DNA of 4,590 nucleotides from a virus (Duplodnaviria; Heunggongvirae; Uroviricota; Caudoviricetes): IMG/VR virus record IMGVR_UViG_2778261459_000005; one strand, 5' to 3'. Shown piece by piece: positions 1 to 4,314 of this stretch (position 1 is its first letter; each line of letters starts with the position of its first letter). The notes under the pieces were generated by a model. It saw only the letters and a program-made list of their open reading frames with translations, ran no database searches and was not told where the DNA came from. The position numbers and the translations under genes were made by a program.

Positions 1-14
1 ATCCAGTAATGACC

Positions 15-311
15 TCAGAACTCCATCTGGATTTGTTCAGAACGCTCGGTTGCCGCCGGGCGTTTTTTATTGGTGAGTCCATCAAGCGCATACTTAAAAG
101 CCCTGCTAATCGGACTGATGTCTGATGCCATTCCGAAAGCACACAAGACCGAAGCAATAAATCTCCAGTCCGTTCTGCTTATCTTCGATTCATGACAGCC
201 AATCATCTTTGCCAGACCGCGCTGGGTAATAGCTGACAGATTGATAAGTAAATCTGTTTCTGCGCGATCAACGTCACGCTGTGATAGTTTGCTGTAACTT
301 GTTCTTTCCAT
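15..311 (-). CDS. cII: Transcriptional activator CII (98 aa), lambda CII-like with a divergent N-terminal/central region
   Basis: ORF 15..311 (-). The C-terminus ...TNKKRPAATERSEQIQMEF matches the lambda CII C-terminus as I recall it. Window bases 1-20 reverse-complement to TTCTGAGGTCATTACTGGAT, the lambda cII stop/O-proximal sequence. It is the second gene of the rightward (pR) operon after cro. The first ~78 residues differ from lambda CII. Confidence 0.88.
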   Translation of the reverse strand: MERTSYSKLSQRDVDRAETDLLINLSAITQRGLAKMIGCHESKISRTDWRFIASVLCAFGMASDISPISRAFKYALDGLTNKKRPAATERSEQIQMEF

Positions 312-321
312 TTCTTAAGAT
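289..321 (+). promoter_or_regulatory. Candidate pRE (establishment promoter): TTGC-N6-TTGT direct repeat (289-302) overlapping the cII start, with a possible -10 TAAGAT (316-321)
   Basis: + strand reads TTGCTGTAACTTGT at 289-302, inside the first cII codons on the opposite strand. This is the same position and the same TTGC-N6-TTGC-type architecture as the CII site at lambda pRE. The TAAGAT spacing is appropriate for a -10. Orientation points toward cI. Confidence 0.35.
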
Positions 322-350
322 TTCCAATAGTGAATAGTTAGTTGAAAGGT

Positions 351-366
351 ATGCGTGGAAACGCAT
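351..366. other. Perfect hairpin ATGCGT-GGAA-ACGCAT (6-bp stem extendable to 7-8 bp, 4-nt loop) between nutR and cII
   Basis: Read directly: 351-356 ATGCGT, 357-360 GGAA, 361-366 ACGCAT. It sits where lambda has tR1 (between nutR and cII). There is no clean U-run on either strand. Confidence 0.4.
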
Positions 367-396
367 ATGGCCTTAGTTGGTCAGATATCTTGGAAC

Positions 397-442
397 TCGC
401 TTTTCAGCGACGTAGGACGAATGTCCGTTGTTACAAAGAGCG
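397..442 (-). promoter_or_regulatory. nutR-like N-utilisation site: boxA CGCTCTTTGTAACAA (rc of 428-442) and boxB-like hairpin UCGCU-GAAA-AGCGA (rc of 397-410)
   Basis: On the pR transcript strand, immediately after the cro stop. The boxA-like element resembles the CGCTCTT(A/T)..AACAA boxA consensus. It is followed by a small variable hairpin (GGAC-AUUC-GUCC) and then a 5-bp stem with a GAAA loop. The same three-part arrangement recurs downstream of pL (3087-3131). Confidence 0.6.
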
Positions 443-452
443 GATCCGCTTA

Positions 453-668
453 TTAAGCGGCTTTGTGTTCCGGCGGGAACACGTCATCAAGACTGACTTT
501 TGCGCCTAACTTGTTTAGGCACGCAACAAGAGCACGGCATGTTTTAAGGTCTGGGAAGCGACGACCAGATTCCCAATGTCCGATAGCTCCCTGTGTGCAT
601 CCAACTGCCTTAGCAAGTGTTGTTTGAGAGATATTCAGTGACTCTCGATATTTTCGTAGGTTGCTCAT
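453..668 (-). CDS. cro: Cro-like repressor (71 aa), XRE-family helix-turn-helix
   Basis: First gene of the leftward-reading operon, divergent from cI. Real start is the ATG at 668 (MSNLRKYRESLNISQTTLAKAVGCTQGAIGHWESG...), preceded by GGAGGG. The ORF-track 128-aa version extends spuriously across the operator region. HTH motif ISQTTLAKAVGCTQGAIGHW. Confidence 0.85.
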   Translation of the reverse strand: MSNLRKYRESLNISQTTLAKAVGCTQGAIGHWESGRRFPDLKTCRALVACLNKLGAKVSLDDVFPPEHKAA

Positions 669-779
669 ATGCCCTCCATAGTAAACACGAATAAAAAAAT
701 ACAATATGTACTTTACGAATACAAGTAAAAATACACATTGTGCATGGATGGTTCCAGTACAAAGCGTAATAATAAGGAC
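669..779. promoter_or_regulatory. OR region: divergent pR/pRM promoters and CI/Cro operators built from TACA/TGTA-type inverted repeats
   Basis: 111-bp AT-rich intergenic region between divergent cro and cI. Contains TACA-ATA-TGTA (700-710), ATACAA hexamers at 699-704 and 719-724, and CACA-T-TGTG (734-742). A ~25-bp block is shared with the pL region (see the pR and pL features). Confidence 0.6.
696..724 (-). promoter_or_regulatory. Candidate pR: -35 TTGTAT (rc of 719-724), 17-bp spacer, -10 TATTTT (rc of 696-701)
   Basis: The minus strand reads TTGTAT-tcgtaaagtacatattg-TATTTT. The spacer is near-identical to the pL spacer ttgtaaagtacatatcg at 3018-3034. It lies ~28 nt upstream of the cro ATG. 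Confidence 0.5.
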
Positions 780-1439
780 ATGAAAATGAAATGGTATGAA
801 CTGGCTAGATCCAGAATGAAAGAGCTCGGCATAACTCAAGAGAAGTTAGCCGAAGAGCTAGGTATGACGCAGGGTGGGATTGGACACTGGTTGCGCGGAT
901 CTCGTCATCCATCTCTTAGTGATATTGGTGTGGTGTTTAAATACCTTGGTATTGATAACATATCATTCAACCACGACGGGACATTTTCACCTGTTGGCGA
1001 ATACTCATCGGCCCCAGTTAAAAAACAATATGAGTACCCTGTTTTTTCTCATGTTCAGGCTGGGATGTTCTCTCCAGAACTCAGAACCTTTACCAAAGGC
1101 GATGCGGAGAGATTGGTAAGCACAACCAAAAAAGCCAGTGACTCTGCATTCTGGCTTGAGGTTGAAGGTAACTCAATGACCGCACCAACAGGTTCCAAGC
1201 CCAGCTTTCCTGACGGGATGTTAATTCTGGTTGACCCTGAGCAGGCTGTTGAGCCAGGCGATTTCTGTATAGCCAGACTTGGTGGTGATGAGTTTACCTT
1301 CAAGAAACTGATCAGGGATAGCGGTCAGGTGTTTCTACAGCCACTAAACCCACAATACCCAATGATCCCATGCAATGAGAGTTGTTCCGTTGTGGGGAAA
1401 GTTATCGCTAGTCAGTGGCCTGAAGAGACGTTTGGGTGA
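780..1439 (+). CDS. cI: CI prophage repressor (219 aa): novel XRE-type N-terminal DNA-binding domain fused to a lambda CI C-terminal dimerisation/autocleavage (S24 LexA-like) domain
   Basis: From about residue 84 ([29 protein letters not shown]...) to the end (...[12 protein letters not shown]) the protein matches lambda CI as I recall it, including the Ala-Gly cleavage site (VQAGMF), the catalytic Ser (GNSM) and Lys (FKKLI). The N-terminal ~80 residues are unrelated to lambda CI. Start taken as ATG 780; ATG 786 has better spacing to the AAGGA at 774-778 and may be the one used. The TTG-initiated track ORF from 738 is rejected. Confidence 0.93.
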   Translation: MKMKWYELARSRMKELGITQEKLAEELGMTQGGIGHWLRGSRHPSLSDIGVVFKYLGIDNISFNHDGTFSPVGEYSSAPVKKQYEYPVFSHVQAGMFSPELRTFTKGDAERLVSTTKKASDSAFWLEVEGNSMTAPTGSKPSFPDGMLILVDPEQAVEPGDFCIARLGGDEFTFKKLIRDSGQVFLQPLNPQYPMIPCNESCSVVGKVIASQWPEETFG

Positions 1440-1485
1440 CAAGAAGCACAGGTATTAACAATAACTTTCATGGTGATACGAATCA

Positions 1486-2028
1486 GTGGCTAAAAAAGGC
1501 GACTTTAAGCCTACCCAGAATGAGGTTGACCAAGCTATTACTCGCTTGAAAAAAGTAACTTTTAGCGGAGTTACATGGACCGGAAGTGAGGGACGAACCC
1601 CAATCTGGTTTAAATTGGATCTCAAAGCTTTTGATGAAATTGGCAACCCAATCACAGGCATAAGATTTATGCTTCACTGGCGTCCTCCTATCGTTGAAGG
1701 GGTGGATATAGTGAAGATTTCATTTGTGATGTTTCTTCATGACAGGCGCATTTACGCGCTTGACCCGTACCCTGCGGATAACAAGCCACACCGTAATAAA
1801 TCTATAGTGAACCATCCAGATTTTGTTGAGGTGGCTCGAGGTCCTCACTATCACATGTACTTCGAATCAGCTGGGGAAGAAATTGCACTTAAGCTTGAAA
1901 CGAACATCAAGCCAGATGATTTTTTTGGCTACTGGAATTATTTTTGCGAGGCGCTTAATATCATATATGAAGGCAGCCCACCTTTACCTAATCAAGATAA
2001 ATCAGGTCAGCTATCATGGGAAATGTAA
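1486..2028 (+). CDS. Hypothetical protein (180 aa, GTG start), first gene of an accessory cassette in the rexA/rexB position; function unknown
   Basis: Long ORF co-oriented with cI, 46 nt downstream of its stop. GTG start is preceded by GGTGAT (SD-like) at a 9-nt spacing. No predicted TM segment. No domain I recognise. Does not resemble lambda RexA. Confidence 0.7.
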   Translation: MAKKGDFKPTQNEVDQAITRLKKVTFSGVTWTGSEGRTPIWFKLDLKAFDEIGNPITGIRFMLHWRPPIVEGVDIVKISFVMFLHDRRIYALDPYPADNKPHRNKSIVNHPDFVEVARGPHYHMYFESAGEEIALKLETNIKPDDFFGYWNYFCEALNIIYEGSPPLPNQDKSGQLSWEM

Positions 2029-2792
2029 CGTGTTCAACAGTCATATCTAAGCTCGGGTTTGAATGCCACCCAATGAGCGACACGTTGCTGCGCGTTATTA
2101 GTCCCTTCACATACTACGATGATTGTGAGCAGATAAGTGTATTCGTTCAAGAGATGAGTGGTCAGTATAGGGTTACAGACTACTGCGATACATTGATGAA
2201 TATTGAATCACGCGGCATCCACCTGACTAAAAAGAAAATTGATCTGATCAGGTCATCACTCGCTTCGCAAGGAATTTCATTAAATGACTCTGGAGAGATA
2301 TCTGCGTGGGCAGATGAGTCGTCCGTTGGACAGGTAACTGCAAATGTTATTCGTGGTGGGATTCTTGCATCCGCCCAAACTGCTGATTGGTATGCTGAGG
2401 TCAAAGACGATAAGTTCGAAAAATGTGTAATCAGTTACTTAAAATCAGCAGGGCTTGGGAAGCGACTAGCCTTAAAGGAAAAAGTGAAAGGTATTAGTGG
2501 GCATAACATTACTGTTCCGTTAACGCTAAGGAATGAGTCTCGACTAATACCACCAAAACGCGGGTTTACGGTAAGCCTTGCCAGCAGTAAGGGATGGAAT
2601 ACTGCCCACTCAACAGTTGGGAAGATTGTTGACTTAAGTCAGGTCGTTCCTGACATAAACAATAGATTTGTAATAGTTGACAGCGATGGGTTAACACCTG
2701 AGCTACAGCAACTATCACTACTATTTAATGATACCGCACGAGTGTTGCCATTCCATACCAGAGACTCTTGGATTGAGTCTCTGGTAGCCTAG
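2016..2792 (+). CDS. Hypothetical protein (258 aa), second gene of the accessory cassette; function unknown
   Basis: ATG at 2016 overlaps the last codons of the upstream ORF (ATGGGAAATGTAA), suggesting translational coupling. Ends 1 nt before the tIMM-like terminator. No TM segments, so not RexB-like. No recognisable motif (the SAGLGKR stretch is not a Walker A). Confidence 0.7.
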   Translation: MGNVTCSTVISKLGFECHPMSDTLLRVISPFTYYDDCEQISVFVQEMSGQYRVTDYCDTLMNIESRGIHLTKKKIDLIRSSLASQGISLNDSGEISAWADESSVGQVTANVIRGGILASAQTADWYAEVKDDKFEKCVISYLKSAGLGKRLALKEKVKGISGHNITVPLTLRNESRLIPPKRGFTVSLASSKGWNTAHSTVGKIVDLSQVVPDINNRFVIVDSDGLTPELQQLSLLFNDTARVLPFHTRDSWIESLVA

Positions 2793-2823
2793 AAAAACCC
2801 GGCCTCAGCGCCGGGTTTTCTTT
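2793..2823 (+). terminator. Intrinsic, probably bidirectional terminator (tIMM-like) ending the cI-cassette operon
   Basis: AAAAA-CCCGGC-ctcagc-GCCGGG-TTTTCTTT: a 6-bp GC stem with an A-run upstream and a T-run downstream, directly after the stop of the 258-aa ORF. Confidence 0.75.
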
Positions 2824-2997
2824 GCCTCACGATCGCCCCACCTAAAAACACATAACCAATTGTATTTATTGAAAAATAAATAGATGCAACCCACTAAACC
2901 ACGCAATTCTGATCTCTCCTTACATCGCCGAGGCAATACATCCACGCTAAAAAACAACACTATTAAATACAAAACGTTATAAAAAACCACGCCAACT

Positions 2998-3039
2998 TAC
3001 AACAAATTGTATTGATCTTGTAAAGTACATATCGTACTA
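2998..3039. promoter_or_regulatory. OL-like operator cluster overlapping pL: inverted repeats TACAA-CAAA-TTGTA (2998-3011), TGTA-AAG-TACA (3019-3029), AGTAC-ATATC-GTACT (3025-3039)
   Basis: Read directly from the sequence. Same TACA/TGTA half-site type as in the OR region, and shares the block GTAAAGTACATAT(C/T)GTA with the pR region. Confidence 0.5.
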
Positions 3040-3040
3040 T
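3012..3040 (+). promoter_or_regulatory. Candidate pL: -35 TTGATC (3012-3017), 17-bp spacer, -10 TACTAT (3035-3040)
   Basis: Good sigma70 geometry, ~190 nt upstream of N with a nut site in between. The spacer is near-identical to the candidate pR spacer. Confidence 0.55.
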
Positions 3041-3086
3041 TTAACCGTCAGCAGGACGCTGGAAGCCAAATGGAACAGACTGGCAG

Positions 3087-3131
3087 GCTCTTTAAACAAC
3101 GTCGACTCTCGACTACGTGGCTGAAAAGCCA
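3087..3131 (+). promoter_or_regulatory. nutL-like site: boxA GCTCTTTAAACAA (3087-3099), variable hairpin GTCGA-CUC-UCGAC (3101-3113), boxB-like hairpin UGGCU-GAAA-AGCCA (3118-3131)
   Basis: BoxA matches the GCTCTTTAACAA-type consensus. Downstream is a 5-bp stem with a GAAA loop. This parallels the candidate nutR, with TACGT(G/C)GCTGAAAAGC conserved between the two. Confidence 0.6.
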
Positions 3132-3229
3132 GATCACCCAACCACATAAGCTGTGGGATGCAATGCCGAAGCAACCGTCTCAGGAGGAGCTTCGAGATTG
3201 CATCGCCAAAGTTTATTCGGGAGGAATCC

Positions 3230-3502
3230 ATGTCCAGAAAAACAGAATTTAAAGGCACCGCAGCTTCTCGCCGTAGAGCTCGTCGCGCAAATCTGCAAAG
3301 TCAGGAGGCGATCAGCTCCGACAAGCTACACAGGCCAACCCCTTCACGAGTGGTCTTGCAATGCAAGCGCAAACCAGCAATGAGAGCAGAAGTGATAACT
3401 CTGACAACGTTGACCAGAAAATATGAAGGTTCAACTTGTCTTCCGAACGTAGCTCTTTACGCGGCAGGCTACCGGAAATCAAAACAACTGACGGCGAGAT
3501 GA
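3230..3502 (+). CDS. N: N-type transcription antitermination protein (90 aa) with an N-terminal arginine-rich motif
   Basis: ATG at 3230 preceded by GGGAGGA at a ~5-nt spacing. N-terminus MSRKTEFKGTAASRRRARRANLQSQEA is an arginine-rich motif resembling lambda N (..QTRRRERRAEKQAQ..). C-terminus ...LPNVALYAAGYRKSKQLTAR resembles the P22 gp24 C-terminus as I recall it. First gene downstream of pL/nutL. The track ORF from 3158 is a spurious upstream extension. Confidence 0.85.
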   Translation: MSRKTEFKGTAASRRRARRANLQSQEAISSDKLHRPTPSRVVLQCKRKPAMRAEVITLTTLTRKYEGSTCLPNVALYAAGYRKSKQLTAR

Positions 3503-3518
3503 TAAATTAATTTGCTAA

Positions 3519-4100
3519 TTACTTGTTTTTGCCATGCTTATCCTGAGCGATAAGTTCATCCATAAGACTGTCTTTCTTCCCAGCAAACCTAATGTAGCAC
3601 TCATTTCTATAGCGTTCCGGGATAACAAAACGGTCGATTTCAGGATATCCAGTAGCAGAAGGTACCCGAATAAGAAGCCCTTTTTCGAGCAATGAGATTG
3701 CTTCAGGGCTTCCCTTTTCTGTCTTTAGCTGGTTATTAGCGGCTACAGCGAATGCCAAATACGCTCTTTCTCCAAGAGTTAACGAATCAAACAAATCTTG
3801 CACGTATTTCTCTTCTTTAGATTTGCGCTTCTGAGCAGCGAATATCTCAATTCTTTCAGTCACAGCGTGATAAGCGGAATTAACAACGCCGTTAAGCACA
3901 TAGCTAACGCAAAACAACAGGATGTAATACATCCAGTAATGAGGAAGGATTTCTGGATTATGCAGGTTTATCCATTCTTTTACGCTTACAGGCATAATAA
4001 TAATCAATATGATCAGGATGATTAGCATATGAATCAACTGTTTAAGTGTCATTCCTTGCAGGAAAAAATGCATTAGTTCCTGCCACCATGAGTTGTTCAT
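3519..4100 (-). CDS. sieB: SieB-like superinfection exclusion membrane protein (193 aa)
   Basis: Convergent with N and immediately adjacent to it, which is where sieB sits in lambda/P22-type genomes as I recall. N-proximal hydrophobic segments LIHMLIILIILIIIMPV and YWMYYILLFCVSYVLNGVV followed by a charged C-terminal domain. Possible internal in-frame starts at M10 and M17. Confidence 0.6.
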   Translation of the reverse strand: MNNSWWQELMHFFLQGMTLKQLIHMLIILIILIIIMPVSVKEWINLHNPEILPHYWMYYILLFCVSYVLNGVVNSAYHAVTERIEIFAAQKRKSKEEKYVQDLFDSLTLGERAYLAFAVAANNQLKTEKGSPEAISLLEKGLLIRVPSATGYPEIDRFVIPERYRNECYIRFAGKKDSLMDELIAQDKHGKNK

Positions 4101-4120
4101 CGGCGTTTCTCTTTTGCTCT

Positions 4121-4164
4121 CTGTAGGGGTGAATAGAGTTTATCCGATTTCTCGCTGTAGGGGT
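4121..4164. repeat. Direct repeat CTGTAGGGGT x2 (4121-4130 and 4155-4164, each preceded by TCTC) upstream of sieB
   Basis: Read directly from the sequence; the copies are 34 bp apart. Confidence 0.6.
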
Positions 4165-4224
4165 ACACGAGAACCACCGAGCCTGATGTGGTTAAAAGAC
4201 AGGCATACTAATAAACACTGCACT

Positions 4225-4252
4225 GTGTATTCATTCCAACGAGTGAATACAC
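4225..4252. repeat. Inverted repeat GTGTATTCA-N10-TGAATACAC (9-bp arms)
   Basis: Read directly from the sequence. Lies ~125-150 nt upstream of sieB on the minus strand. Confidence 0.6.
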
Positions 4253-4314
4253 TGAGCAATGTCGCTCGTAACTAAACAGGAGCCGACTTGTTCTGATTAT
4301 TGGAAATCTTCTTT

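Noticed and set aside
440-449. GCGGATCCGC palindrome just after the cro stop as a separate regulatory hairpin
   Set aside because: It overlaps the boxA-like CGCTCTT element, is only 10 bp long with no loop, and contains a BamHI-type GGATCC. Most simply it is part of boxA context rather than an independent feature.
453-839. 128-aa version of cro extending upstream to 839
   Set aside because: The 57-residue N-terminal extension runs across the whole OR region and into the cI start, and is low-complexity and hydrophobic. The ATG at 668 with GGAGGG upstream gives a typical 71-aa Cro.
874-1303. ORFs 874..1119 (+) and 1055..1303 (-) inside cI
   Set aside because: Alternative-frame or antisense ORFs wholly embedded in the well-supported cI gene, with no start signals.
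738-1439. 233-aa version of cI initiating at TTG 738
   Set aside because: The extra 14 codons lie inside the operator/promoter region and begin at a TTG with no SD. The ATG at 780/786 with the AAGGA is the plausible start.
1455-2404. Small ORFs 1455..1661 (-), 1483..1677 (-), 1823..2050 (+), 2180..2404 (-)
   Set aside because: Embedded in or antisense to the two long cassette ORFs, which account for the coding potential. No RBS support.
2454-2480. Possible Walker A / P-loop in the 258-aa protein (SAGLGKR)
   Set aside because: The spacing does not fit GxxxxGK[ST], and the following residue is R rather than S/T.
1486-2792. Calling the cassette rexA/rexB
   Set aside because: The position fits, but the sizes are reversed (180 then 258 aa versus lambda ~279 then ~144 aa), the second protein lacks the membrane spans expected for RexB, and I see no sequence resemblance to RexA.
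2805-2990. 61-aa ORF on the minus strand
   Set aside because: Lies in the AT-rich tIMM-to-pL spacer, antisense to the pL upstream region, with no SD. Likely a chance ORF.
3037-3383. ORFs 3037..3258 (-), 3070..3252 (+), 3153..3383 (+), and the 3158 start of the N frame
   Set aside because: They overlap the pL leader and nutL, where an untranslated leader is expected, or are upstream extensions or alternative frames of N. The ATG at 3230 with GGGAGGA is the supported start.
3798-4025. 75-aa ORF on the + strand
   Set aside because: Antisense and wholly internal to the sieB-like gene.
4217-4256. LexA (SOS) box overlapping the CTGT-containing inverted repeat
   Set aside because: The CTGT is not followed by ACAG at the N8 spacing required for CTGT-N8-ACAG.
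4093-4275. 60-aa ORF on the + strand
   Set aside because: Starts inside the sieB start region and runs through the repeat-containing non-coding stretch. No SD and an odd composition. Probably spurious, though a small pL-operon peptide cannot be fully excluded.
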